Assembly: GCF_006345805.1 (NCBI RefSeq)
Contig: NW_021833065.1
Location: 599,431-663,430 of the forward strand
Direction of reading: 5' to 3'
DNA from: Octopus sinensis
Lineage: Eukaryota
DNA: 64,000 bases
Made by a program: the position numbers and the translations under genes. The notes below the pieces were generated by a model. The model was not told the origin of the DNA. It ran no database searches and worked only from the letters and a program-made list of their open reading frames with translations. The number at the start of each line of letters is the position of its first letter. The first letter of the stretch is position 1. Shown piece after piece: positions 37,305 through 51,189 of the stretch.

Positions 37305-37708
37305 ACACATATACACGTTAGTCCCACACGTACACACACGTCCATACGAAAGCTCACACACACACTCACATCCATTCACACATACACACTGTCACACACA
37401 CCATTCTCACATTCACACTTGCACACCTTAGTTCGTTGGGGGGGGGTCACCGTTACCATTATTTTTATCATTATTATCTCCCTTTCATTCAGCTTCTTTT
37501 TCCCAATCATCTCGCCATGTTGGACCGCTGAACTCTGTACATTTCTCTCTTTCTGCTTTTTTCATTCTCCATTTTTCCTTCTTAAAGTTTTCTGTCGAAT
37601 AGCGTAAGCTCGAAACGGAAAGGACTTTACCATTTTTCCTGAGCGTTAAACTAATACACCTTCTTGTTCCTATACCTGTCTTCGTCTTTCGTTTTCTGTA
37701 AATTTTAA

Positions 37709-37742
<34 letters not shown>

Positions 37743-38366
37743 GCACACATATAATTTCCTTGAACTTCTATATGTGTCACTTGAGCTGCTTCGGTGCGCA
37801 TTTTAACCCCTCTTACACCAGAATAAAATCTACCCTTTACTGAAGATTTAGTAACGCTACTTTTCATAATCGTAGAAGAGTTTCATTGAACACTTTTCTT
37901 TACAAACCATCTGTTTTTAATTTTAACCTTTACACACAAACGTTATTTTGTTATCATTCTCTGAGATATCATTCTCAATACTGACGGATGTATTATCTAA
38001 TTGTTTGGAATGTTTCAATCGTATACTTTATCATTCCTATATTTTAAAGCTTTTTTTAATTTTAATTCTTTTTGACTTAATGCTTTATTTGTGAGTGTTG
38101 TTTTTAAATTCCATTTCGAGGTGCATTAATCCCTTAATCCTTTACACGACTTCGTTCATTTCCGACTACTCTTACAGTTTTCCAAGTTACATAACTGAAT
38201 CCCTGCCTCCATACATTTCCTTTTGTTCCCTTATTAGTCATCTTGGTCCCCTTAAATCGGCTATCGTTATTGTTCCTCCTTGAGTCTTTATCGCTTACAC
38301 ATTTTCACATAATATATATTATGTACAGAGGTCTGTTTCATTTCGTCACACGTATCCATTATTACA

Positions 38367-38753
38367 GTGGAGGCGCAATGGCCCAGTGGTTAGGGCAGCG
38401 GACTCGCGGTCGTAGGATCGCGGTTTCGATTCCCAGACCGGGCATTGTGAGTGTTTATTGAGCGAAAACACCTAAAGCTTCACAAGGCTCCTGCAGGGGG
38501 TGGTGGTGAACCCTGCTGTACTCTTTCACCACAACTTTCTCTCACTCTTTCTTCTTGTTTCTGTTGTACCTGTATTTCAAAGGGCCAGCCTTGTCACACT
38601 CTGTGTCACGCTGAATCTCCTCGAGAACTACGTTAAGGGTACACGTGTCTGTGGAATGCTCAGCCACTTGCACGTTAATTCCACGAGCAAGCTGTTCTGT
38701 TGATCGTATCAGCTGGGACCCTCATCGTCGTAACCGACGGAGTGCTCCTACTA
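38367..38753 (+). mobile_element. Full-length tRNA-derived SINE with 11-bp TSD
   Basis: Head ggaggcgcaatggcccagtggttaggg...ggtttcgattccc, with TSD ccattattaca at 38356-38366 and 38754-38764. Confidence 0.9.
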
Positions 38754-39546
38754 CCATTATTACAATCTTGTTTAGTGTATTTCCATCAACCTTTAAGTTA
38801 TGCCTATAATTTGCCTTCTTTTTCTTTTCGCTTTTCTTCACTCCTCCCTCAACCCGATTAAAGGAACATCTGTCATCATCTAGAGCCCAGTCGTATCACA
38901 ATATAGCACTTCTTTTGTCAAACCTCATATACGTTTTATAAGAGCAGAGAAGGAAATCTTTCCTCATCATTTAATTGTTCAGTTTACACCTCGAACTAAT
39001 ATCGGATATAATTCTGTTGCACTATAGCCCATTATACTGGCCTCTTACCATTACCTCATTTCCTTTATTTCTACCATCCAAGTAGTTGTAGTGTTATTAA
39101 TATTTTCTTTTCTTACCACTTTTGTTCCCTGTTTTAATTATTATTATTATTATTGCTATTAAGGTGACGAACTGGAAGAAACGTTAGCTCATCAGAGAAA
39201 ATGTTTAGCGGCATTTCTTCCAACTCGTTACGTTCTGACTTCAAATTCCAGCGAAGAAAACGTTGTCTTTCATCCCTCTGGGGATTGATGGTTTTATGCC
39301 AAAATTTGAAACCATTATTATTATCGCTATGTTTTTTTTAAATATTATTCTTATCATATTCTTCATTCTTTATTTCAATTTTTAAATTTTTGCTTTATTT
39401 TTTAATCTGATGCTGTTCTTTTCAACTATTCAATACTTCCCTGATAATTCTGGCCGTGCCAAGGAGGCAACCCTTTAGAAACAATTCTACTGGGCACTCT
39501 ATTTCGATTTACTTATTATCATTATTATTATATGAAAACTCTTTAA

Positions 39547-39746
39547 GAGGTGTAAGTTCATAATCAGCCGGATATTATGGAAAGTGTCAGCTATCCTCAG
39601 CCAGTAGTTTAAGGTGACACTTGTTTATTGGTCATACTTCAAAAACCCTGTGAAGAATTCTTGCAGTTCGAAGCAATGCTGATTTTTGTAGGTGTTCTAC
39701 CTTCACACTTGCACCGATCTTTTCAGCCATGTTGGTAGTTGAGTGA

Positions 39747-39804
<58 letters not shown>

Positions 39805-40416
39805 GTTGTTGTTGTTGTTATTATTATTATTATTATGTATGCACCAGCCTACGTATGCATACCTTCCCTTCTTGGGACACAAAGCTCTACTTGTGAAGAC
39901 GTGTTGAGGCAAGTGAGGATCAGAATCGAAATCGATCAATGGAAATTGCGGATGTGCTACCAGTGCCGGTGGCATGTCGAAACTCTGCTTGTGAAGACCC
40001 ATTGAGGCAAGTGAGGATCAGAATCGAAATCGATCAATGGAAATCGATCAATGGAAATTGCAGATGTGTTACCAGTGCCGGTGGCATGTAAGAGAACTTT
40101 CCGTTTCGCGACCGTTGCCAGCACCGCCCCGTTTCGTGTCCGTTGCCAGCCTCGCCTGGCCCTCGTGCCGGTGGCACATAAAAAGCACCATCCGTTCGTG
40201 GCCGTTTGCCAGCTCTGTCTGGCACCAGTGCGGGTGGCACGTAAAAAGCACCCACTACACTCACGGAGTGGTTGGCGTTAGGAAGGGCATCCAGCCGTAG
40301 AAACACTGCCAGAGTTGACTGGGCCTGATGAAGCCTTCTGGCTTCACAGACCCCAGTAGAACCGTCCAACCCATGCTAGCATGGAAAACGGACGCTAAAT
40401 GATGATGATGATGATG

Positions 40417-40457
<41 letters not shown>

Positions 40458-41128
40458 CATCATCATCTTTTTTTCGATGTCAGACGCATATTTTTTGGAC
40501 AAATTAAGGCTCATTCGAAGTATTACTCCGACATATTCAAACAGATGTTGCGTCATTTTTTTTTAACAGAATCATTTACATGCAACGTTTCATTTACATG
40601 AAATGGAGTACCACAGAAACAATTGTTGTGTCAAATTGATCTTCGCCCTCTTATATATATATATGCATATACATACACGCATAAATTTATCCAACAAACA
40701 GCAAAAATTTAAAAGAAACGTAAATATAAGTTACAAAGTTATTCAATGAGTTTTTATGTTTCTTCATTTTTAAAAATAGATCTTCATAGATTGCTGAAGA
40801 TCCTTATTTTCCATATATATTCTAGTTAATCAAAAGTTTAGTTCAGTTATCGTCTGTTTTATGTACTGGTTTTCTTTTACTTTTTACCTGGAAATATTTG
40901 TGTAAAGATGTAACTTTATGAAGGTATCACTTGTTATATAATAAAATCATGATGGTGATTCAGTGTTGATAATATGAAGCGAAAGACAGACAGAAATTAT
41001 TGAGTTAATGTTTGAAGAGCGATATATAATTAAATTTACTAGAGTTTAAAGTCTATGTTCCTTTTGAAGAGTCAATTTCCCTGCCTGGAGAGAAAACACG
41101 ATCTAAGCTGATTATAAACTTACACCTC
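39547..41128. mobile_element. Putative Kolobok-like non-autonomous DNA transposon (TTAA-flanked, RR termini)
   Basis: TIRs gaggtgtaagttcataatcagc / gctgattataaacttacacctc (1 mismatch), each flanked by TTAA (39543-46, 41129-32). Confidence 0.7.
39840..40417 (+). mobile_element. RTE-associated non-autonomous retroelement with (TGA)n tail and internal duplications
   Basis: ggttggcgttaggaagggcatccagccgtagaaac motif, and 3' ccaacccatgctagcatggaaaacggacgctaaa(tga)n. Internal ~95-bp duplication and repeated gtgccggtggca units. Confidence 0.75.
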
Positions 41129-43024
41129 TTAAAGAAACTATTTCGGAAAATATCTGCTAGCTTATTTAACTTGGGTTAAAACCAACTTTTGTAGATCTGG
41201 ATTATAGGGGATCAACTCGACTCTACCTCACCAATATTTGCTATTTGATTAATTTTAAGTGAAAAAAAGGGACAATTGACCTTGGCGGAATGATTTGAAC
41301 ACAGAATAATGAATTACTGAATTAAATGATATAAATAACCCACTTTCTTGGTCACTAGGATAGTAGAAATGGTATTTAGTCATCTCTATCACTTTGCTTG
41401 GTTCAGACATCTTTACTATTTTGACCATGTTTAGACATCTTTATTTTTTGACCATGTAGAAAGATACCTTATGTTTTCCTGGTAATTATTTTATCTGTTT
41501 CAGTCTCTTATGGTTCTGAAGAGAGCACTTAAATATATATTGCTTCTAATTACTTATTTGTGCGGAATATGGATTAACCCGTTGTCTGATTTTAAATAGT
41601 TAACAAGCCATTGGGTTTTTTCAGTAGAGTTCACAGTGTTGCAGCATTCGTACCGAGTCCCCAGTTTATTTTTGTCTACCAGCCTCAGAGGTTCTCCAAA
41701 AAGGTCATGGACAAAAAGGTCATTCTTCTCTGACTAAACTATAAAATAAGCTTTCCATGGGAAGTTATCTGTCATACAATAGAGACACGTACAGTAGGTC
41801 TGGCTTTCATTCACCAAATGCAACAGAAACTGGAGTTGATAATCGGTTCTATGACTCCTTGTGATTCATAAAGGGATAACATGTTTGTTTTTCATTATAT
41901 CTAGCTAGGAGGATGAAAGGCATCGTCAACACACAGATACACATGAACACGTATGCACATACATTTTTTTATATTCATCAGCACACAAAATAGATATACA
42001 TGCACACGCATATATCTCTATATATAATGTATTTATGTGTATATGAACCTACATATATATTCTACCATTTCCTACACATATCACATTGCAATTCACACAT
42101 CACACCTACATAATACAATCAATGACACCTATATTCTTCATTGAAAACATCTATATAATTTATTAAGCATACACACACACCGACCATATTCTGTTTTATA
42201 CATTTCCAATGAAATATGTGCGTCATTGCTGCCATTATAAATCAATAGACAGCTTTATTCTTTATAGTTACTCTCACTGATCCTATAATAAATTCAAGCT
42301 TTCTATTATTTTCTCTCTCATACAGAATTCTTCAATCAAAGAAGTAGCATTTATTTTGTTGATCTTGACTCTTAAATCGATAATATATGAAGGTAAATAC
42401 CAAAATCCAGTATAGATCGATTTCATTGATAAACGTTCCATCTTAACACATGTTTTGTCAAAAATTTCTATCTTAACACTCGTTTTACACGATAGGAATC
42501 TTTGGATTAATAACAGTTTCGTTTGAGCAGTTCGTACTGTATTCACCCTTTTTTTTTCTGTTTAGATACAAAAATAGATGTCATTTCTCGGGTGTAGAAA
42601 AAAAGAGAAGAGAAAATGATGAAATATTTTTCGAAGTTTATATTATTTGTTTGTTTCCTGGTGAGTTCTGATCGTTGAAAGAAAACAAAATAAAAAAAGT
42701 AAAAACAAAAACGAACTCCGCCACAGCTACCACTGCTACCTAATACTACAATACAGGATTTATAAGCGAAGGAACGAAGATTCGTATCCTATTAATGGCA
42801 ATACGTTTGCACATCTAGCAAAGTCACTAAACAGACAGCATAGAAGTGGGAGCATTATTTATTTGACAAATGTTTCGTTTGCCTAATGTGTCAAGTTAAA
42901 TCCTCCATAATGTGAAGAGAGATGACCTGAGCCAGCCGAGACATTACATATGCAAACAAGTATGCATATGTACACAGGTATGTAAAAAAGTATGTAACCA
43001 TGTATATGTCTGCCTGCCTATCTG

Positions 43025-43064
<40 letters not shown>

Positions 43065-46000
43065 TGGTGGTGGGGTTTCAAATGTACAGAAAACAAAAGA
43101 CAAAGACAAGTAAGAGAACAGTAAGCAGGTTTATTAGTTTGATTATCGAGAAGAATGGAAAAGTCTTTGATGTTTCGAGCCTACATTCTTCTATAGAAAG
43201 AGATGATAAGAAAAAAAAATGGGGAGAGAACGAAAAAAAAAAAAAAAAACGGAGGAAAAATGTGTCTGAATTAACAGTTTAATATAATACGCACGCACGT
43301 ACACACACACACACACACACACATACACAGCATGAAGTTGATGATTTCGATAAGTGTTCCATTTTGAGTTGCCTACCTTCTAGTACTTAGCAACTCTCTT
43401 TAGTAGTTAGTCCATTCTTTTAGCAATACATAAGACAAAATACACAAGAGAAAAATCTTTAGCAGATTAGATATATTCGTAATATTTTTGTTTGGTTTGA
43501 ACGTTCACAAAGACAATTTAAAATAGTAATAAGATAAGACATCTATTGAATTTACTTGTATTTTTACTCTTTAAATTTGTTACAATGTGGCTGTGAATTC
43601 ATATTCTGTTGGGATCAAACTTGCCTTTCACCCCTCCAGGTTCGATAAAATAAATAGTATTTAATTTAATAGACTACAGCCTCTTCGCTTAAATTTCAGG
43701 TCTCATGGTTAAGTAAGAAACAATTATTCTTAATATATATTTATAAAGAACACAATGTAATTCAGAATATCTCGAACGTCTATTATGTAAATAAATCTAT
43801 ATTTATGTAAAAGCCTTATAACTCTGTAGATTAAGACGATGTAAAAGCATCGTATTGTTCACTTGAGTAATGTAAAAAAAAAAAAAAATCGAGACTTTTC
43901 TTATGGATCTGTTTCGGGATAACTATTCCTCTTCATAGGTGTACAACTATTCCTCGACAGCCACGTAACCTTTCATCAAAACCACTATATATAGCAAGAG
44001 TTTCAGGATACATTAACAAATGTTCCGATTTGCATGTAATACGTTGGTCGACTATCAGACAGAGATGAGTGTTGGCGGAATCAGTAGAGAGGAGTAAATA
44101 TATCTCTAATACATTCACTTGTTTTGATCATGCCCTAATCCAGTTAAAAAGGTAAACCTACAAATCTCTGGAGTTCATAGGAACAATATTTAATCTCTAT
44201 ATCTATAATATTCAACAGGTGAGAGACAAAAGATTTTCCTGTCACGTGGAAGGAACACCAGCTTATTAGAAGTAAGTTACTCAGTAGTTCTGGAAATCAT
44301 TTCTTGAGTTATATAAACGGGGGTGGGGTACGTAATATAATACTATTATACATAAAACTCATTTTTATATTTAACTCCGTGTACTTTCATAGCAAAAGAA
44401 ATATATTTATTGCTAATCAGGAGCCGCACCCATTTGCTATCTTCTGTATTGCGTCAGTGTATAACAGTTAGCCAACTGTTGAATACACCTATAAACTGAG
44501 CGAAGATATTCTATTTGTAGAGCACTACAATTACTTTAAGTCAGACCAGAATGAAAATGATGTCAGTATGCGTTACACGTAGAACAAATAAATAATTGAA
44601 TAGTTAGTACTTAAAGTGTGCGAGACAGACGAAGATCAGCAAGATTATTCTAATCGGAAAACCTTAAAAATGTTTTAAAATGTTTTAAAAAGGACAAACT
44701 TTTAAATTGTATTTATAATTCCAAAATCTGTCATGAATATTGGTGAGACTTTCAACGAAGTAGATTATAAATAACAACACATACCGATAATATGAAGACA
44801 GTTATATATCTTTTCATGACACCTATACAATTTGGAATGATATCCTCAAATGAATATTTTATCGGAAAAGTTTTGTATGACAGTATTTAACAATCTTTAA
44901 CGATCAGTAACATTCACACGACTTCGAATATAGAATTTAAGACGGATCGCAGTATTATGGGAACAATTTATTAATGTTTGACTTAATTATGCCACTATAC
45001 GAAACAAAATTCTGGTTTGGAATTAACCAAGAAATTCTCAATTACCCAAGGATACGAACATACGAATAGTTTTAGCTGCCCCTGAGGAAAAGAAAGCAAA
45101 TGTTTCAGATTTCAAATTGACACAGTTATTGAAACTCAGTATTGTTATTATTATTATTATTGTCGTGTTGCCAAAGACTAGGCCTTCGGATATGGTTGTG
45201 TCACATTCTTGGCAATAATGAATGTTAATTCTCATTAGGCCTTCCTTTAATTGCAGTTAAGTCTTAGAAAAATAGACATCTTTTTGGCTAAAACACGAGA
45301 AAACATTACGATAATGAGATGTCAACCGTTTCTATCACCCACACAGAAGTTCAATAGTAATTGTGATAGATTCCAAAATATTTTACATTATGGACGAAAC
45401 AAACTTTTATCAATTTTAGTAAAAACACCATAGGTGTGTAAAAAACATCGTAGAAAGACGTCTTCAGAAATTATTGTCAATTTTGTTTTAGATTAATTGA
45501 ATTTGAAGAGACAGGAATTCAACAATCTTTTTTCACCAGTGTGACACTTTCAAATGTTTTACCTGGCAAGTGACTTTGAAGAAAATGTGAACTACAGAAA
45601 GATCACTATGAGCAACTATATAGTAAGTATACTGAATATTAGAACGATTGGAGAAAATATCTAGAAATGCCTGCTGCACGAAAATGACTAATAAAGTGAG
45701 TGCTCACATATTTAATGTAGTGAGTAAAAAATAGTCATTATCTAAATACTAGCTTTAGTAAAGAAAGGCAAGAAAGACAATCTCAGAATATAAATTAATC
45801 TAATAAGAAATTAAATCTAATGATGAGTGATTCTAACCATCAACAACTTCAGATATGTTTCGGTCTTATGAAATCTCATCCAAACTCACTCACTACTGCA
45901 TTTTATTTTACTTAATTTTTAGTTAAAATTTCAGAGTTGTTACGAATGATTTTCCAACCAGGATTAGCCATTAACATAGTTATTTTTTTCAATCAATGGG

Positions 46001-47369
46001 ACTATTAAATTTATTAATTAAAATGTCACAGTTCTCTACATTAAGTCTGTTGTTGGTACAACTTTACAGATTGAATATAAGATGTGCAGAAGGATTCCAA
46101 ATAAGTTGTTATTTATTGACGGTTGACATATTGACGCGAAAATATACGAAGAGTTACACATGCCCAGATTGAGTAAACATATCAAGACGCAAATAAGATT
46201 TCAGAATGAAAAATAATGCTTGTTTTATTATTATTTTTTCTGAGATAGATATAGCAACTGCAGCAAATCTGATAGGATAAGCCTGCATACAAATCCATTA
46301 GTGTTAGTCAAGAAAATCTCCTTATACTTAATTTAGACGGAAAACCAGTAGGAAAAAGCTGGAAAATATTACTGAAGGCATTGTTTGAATTAATGAAAAG
46401 TAAAATTTTACCATCACTAGCACTTAAAATGATTCTCGTTTCATTTATTTTTGTCGGTAGAAATCAAAAGTATTAACAAACGAAAAGATTAACAACAACA
46501 ACAACAACAGTAGCAGCAACTATATCATCATCATCATCATCATCGTCGTCGTCGTCGTCGTCATCATCATCATCATCATCATCAACAACAACCACAACCA
46601 CAATTACCAGAACTACAATAATAAACACAGTAGTAACATCAATCAATAAAAAAGGCAATTCTGTTTTTGTTTTAATCACAGAAACGATTTTAATTTTAGA
46701 TGGAAGATTTAAAAAGTACACTATATTTGATGTTAGATAAATAGGTAAATAGAGGCTTTCTATTTATTATGCTAGATACAACTGTTGGAGAATATAAAGT
46801 TGGTGATAGAAGACATTACATAGGATGAAACATTGTAAACAACACTAAACCTCTCAATGTCATTGAAAATAACTTTGTCGTAGGTGGGGATAATGGATAC
46901 GCCATTATCTCCACATAAGCAATGGTTTTCGAAAACAAATATTTCACTCCTTTAATTTCTTCACTATAGTTTTCCAATGCATTTGCTGTATTTATACTTG
47001 TTGTATTCCTCACAAGATTGCACGACTAAGAGCCCAGAGAGTATGTACTTAAAAAAAAAATGATAGGATCTGATTGGAAAAAAGTCGTATAATTGACACT
47101 AGTAAAAGTAAGTGTTCTTGTCGTGTTTACACAATGGTTATTTAACCATAAAATATTAGAAGTAAACATAGTGATAGTGTACATAATCGGCCGCATGTGA
47201 AAAGACAACACAAAACAACTCCCATCCATAGTGCCTCGGTGCTGCTGTTCTTATAATTTCTCTTGTGACCTAGCAACTCTCTCGAGACTGATTCAAACTT
47301 CAGATTACAAAGTTGTAGTAATTCAGAATTCAGAATTGAAGAAAAAAAGTCACGTTACACTAAGGAATG

Positions 47370-47415
<46 letters not shown>

Positions 47416-47416
47416 G

Positions 47417-47456
<40 letters not shown>

Positions 47457-47904
47457 TATATATATATATATATATTATATGATGGTTGTTTTTATGTTCA
47501 GTTATGATAAAAATAATTTTACATCAATCTGGTGGGTAACTATACTTTTGTAGAGTACAAATTTATTATTCTTAAACAAGAATGTTGTGGACAATAACTT
47601 CCAAATTTCGGCCAGCTAGGTCATCATCGGACTGGCTGAGCTTGCCGAAACTTCGAAAACGTTCGTGTGTGTGTGTGTGTGATGGCTGATTTCCGTCGTT
47701 CGATGATGATGATTCAGTTGTTTGATTAATTGAATTGCCTGCCCTTGAATTAACACGAGCATTCCACAGATACATGTTCTTAATTTCATTCAAAAGGGTC
47801 GATCCAAGACTATAGAAAATGACATTTGCCCAAGATTCTACGCATTGGGATGAAACTCACAACCTCGGTTATGAAGTAAACGTGTCAGCCAACTGGCTAC
47901 GTAA

Positions 47905-48158
47905 TACATACATACATACATACATACATACATACATACATACATACATACATACATACATAATACATACGTACATACATAATACATACATACATACATA
48001 CATAATACATAATACATACATACATACATACATAATACATAATACATACATACATACATACATACATAATACATACATACATACATACATAATACATAAT
48101 ACATACATACATACATACATACATACATACATACATACATACATAGATACATACATAA

Positions 48159-48194
<36 letters not shown>

Positions 48195-48195
48195 T
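47905..48195. repeat. (TACA)n microsatellite with TAA interruptions
   Basis: Direct reading. Confidence 0.97.
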
Positions 48196-49287
48196 ATATG
48201 TGTGTGTGTGGAAAAACAAGAAGAAAATGGAGAATAAATAGTTGTAATTACTGATTTATTTGCATGTTGTAGAAAGATGACGTTTCTTTCGAAAAAACAT
48301 TACAAATGATTGGAAACTGAAAGCTCAAAAAAGTTAAGGAAAACGTAAGAACCTACATATATGTTTTTGTCGAGTAATTTAGTTGATGGGAATCTCGAAG
48401 CATGTTGTTTAATGCTAAGGAAGTTGCCACATTCATACTATATTATGATAGGACCTCTTTAGGGCTCAAAAAGAGCTAACGCAACTTAGGTGATCATTAT
48501 ATGTTTTGAGAGAAGTGTATAGTGTTAGCAGATTAAAGTTAAAAGCTATGTTTAGAGATTTTTTTATTTGATTGGTAGGTTTTGAATATTTGTGCATATA
48601 CTATATACTTATACAAAAATATCATAACTAGTAAACAGATAAATGAATAGAAAATGAATTAATAAATAAATAAGAGGAAATAAGTATGCAAATGTAATAA
48701 ATGTGAGTATAATAAATAAAAAAGGTGACAGAACATTAAGACATGAAGTAAAGTGAAATAAGAATAAAAAGTAATGTAATGTAGAATAAATTAAACATAA
48801 GAAGAAACTAAATTCTATGGATGATTCTTATTGGTTTAGTGAGAGACACATATGTGCCATGATTCAGAATGGATAGACATTTGAAAAAAAGGTGTTGTAA
48901 TGCTTGACCAAAGGTGCATATTTTAATGCACTTAAGAGGTTAACGAAAATAGGAGAGGAAATTTCAAATATATATTGGCTCATACATATTTTAATTGAGC
49001 ATATATGGGCAGAAAATAAACATGCATTTCAACTTCCAATAAGTTTACTTAATCATTTGTTTTCTTCAAAAGAAAAAAAAACGTCGTCTTTCTACTACAT
49101 GCAAATGGATTAGTAATTACATCCATTTATTCTCTATTTTCTTCTTGTTTTACCCTCAATATTAAGAATTCCAATGATCCTAAACATATACCAATGACTT
49201 TACTATTATATGATACGGATTAAACCAGTGGAATACCTTGGACTATATAATCCTTAATGAGGACTTAACTTCCTCGAATCAACTATA

Positions 49288-49524
49288 TATATATTAGAAA
49301 AATTGAGGTAATCAGATCAGATGGTTCATATTTGTAGATATTTATTTATATATTACATTTTTTACATATATATCATATCATATCATTCGGATTTCGGATT
49401 AGCGCTTGCTCCCATTCTAGTGGGCTTTTCAAATCAAATCAGTTGTGGGAAGTTTGAACATTTTATAGTTTTGTAGTAGTGGCTGAGGAGGAAGTGAGAC
49501 AGAGAAAAAATGTGTGTATGTGTA

Positions 49525-49555
<31 letters not shown>

Positions 49556-50111
49556 GTGTGTGCGTGTGTGTGTGCGCGTTTATATCTGAGAGTGAAGAAG
49601 TGTTATTTCCGTTGGTCTGCTGGACCGCCTGTGGTTTTATAAGAACTTTGGCTGTCCATTTCGATGTCACTGAGTGTGTGTTGTGCGTAGGTTGGCGTGG
49701 AAAATGTCATTTGGGGTCACACTTTCTATGATCATTCTGTGGAGGTGTGTGTGTGTGTGTGTGTCCAGGCGGTCCAGCAGACCAACGGAAATAACACTTC
49801 TTCACTCTCAGATATAAACGCGCGCGCACACACACACACACACACGCACACACACATACACACACACACACACATACACATACACACATTTTTTCTCTGT
49901 CTCACTTCCTCCTCAGCCACTACTACAAAACTATAAAATGTTCAAACTTCCCACAACTGATTTGATTTGAAAAGCCCACTAGAATGGGAGCAAGCGCTAA
50001 TCCGAAATCCGAATGATATGATATGATATATATGTAAAAAATGTAATATATAAATAAATATCTACAAATATGAACCATCTGATCTGATTACCTCAATTTT
50101 TCTAATATATA
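49288..50111. repeat. Near-perfect long inverted repeat (~345-bp arms, 134-bp spacer)
   Basis: 49288-49631 is the reverse complement of 49766-50111; by eye they differ only in the internal (TG)/(CA) tract. Confidence 0.96.
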
Positions 50112-50138
50112 ATACCTGTACATCATCTCCAAACCTTC

Positions 50139-50216
<78 letters not shown>

Positions 50217-50409
50217 ATACAAATAAGAAAATGGAGAAACAATTTAGTTTGTTCATCAACTTTCGGATATTAGAATGTTGAATTATTTATTCATTTAACA
50301 AAATGAGAACCTTAATAGCATACATATATATATCTTATAATTCAATACATATAAGATAAGAATACAAATTATAAAAATCATATTATAAATTCTTGAAATC
50401 ATTAAAATC

Positions 50410-50548
50410 ACTCCTTACAGCTGTTTCAGCCTATGGTTAAAAGTAGTTATTTTTATTTTCATTGCCTATAGTTGTCAATTATTTTGAGGTTGTAGGCATT
50501 TAAAAATAGGGTACTCATATACATAACCATTGGCCTCGTCAGAGATTA
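50410..50548 (-). ncRNA. Type I hammerhead ribozyme motif with long stem II insert
   Basis: tct CTGACGA ggccaatggtt...aaccataggct GAAA cagct GTA agg: stem II 10/11 paired, palindromic stem III ACAGCTGT, 3-bp stem I, GUA triplet. Confidence 0.75.
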
Positions 50549-51049
50549 TAATATTAATACATGAAACAGAATACACTTATAATTTAATATTTATAAAAAT
50601 ATGAACAAGTATCCATATAGACTTATACATATACATATATACACATATACATATATAAGCAGAGTGTATATACTTTTACAAGTGTAAAAATACATAAATA
50701 AACACAATTGAACAATAGGTTCAAGTAAATATACCATTCGTCATATACATAAATATATATATACATATATACTGGAACGTACAAACACGTCTATGCTCAT
50801 GAGACATAAACAATAATCAATTATTAATATTATTATTATTATTATAAAATGCTATCTCTTACTTGTTTCAGTCATTAGACTGCGACCATGCTGGGGCACT
50901 GCCTTGAAGAATTTGCAGTCGAACGAATCGACCCAAGTGCTCATTTGTTTTAAAAGCCTGGTACTTATTCCAAGTTTGGGGGACGAACAGAAACATAAAG
51001 ACACACAGAAAATCACACACACACACACTCACGCACACGTACACATACT

Positions 51050-51082
<33 letters not shown>

Positions 51083-51189
51083 CACACACACACACACATA
51101 TATATAATATAAATTATATATATGCATATATACATACATATATGTACATACTTACATATATATGTATATACATATGCATATGTGGGCAC

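Noticed and set aside
37076-38460. tRNA genes at SINE heads
   Set aside because: A/B boxes are present but continue into SINE bodies with tails and TSDs; no complete cloverleaf.
40321-40355. CTGATGA followed by an agcc/ggct hairpin
   Set aside because: No GAAA or stem III follows; part of the RTE-type element.
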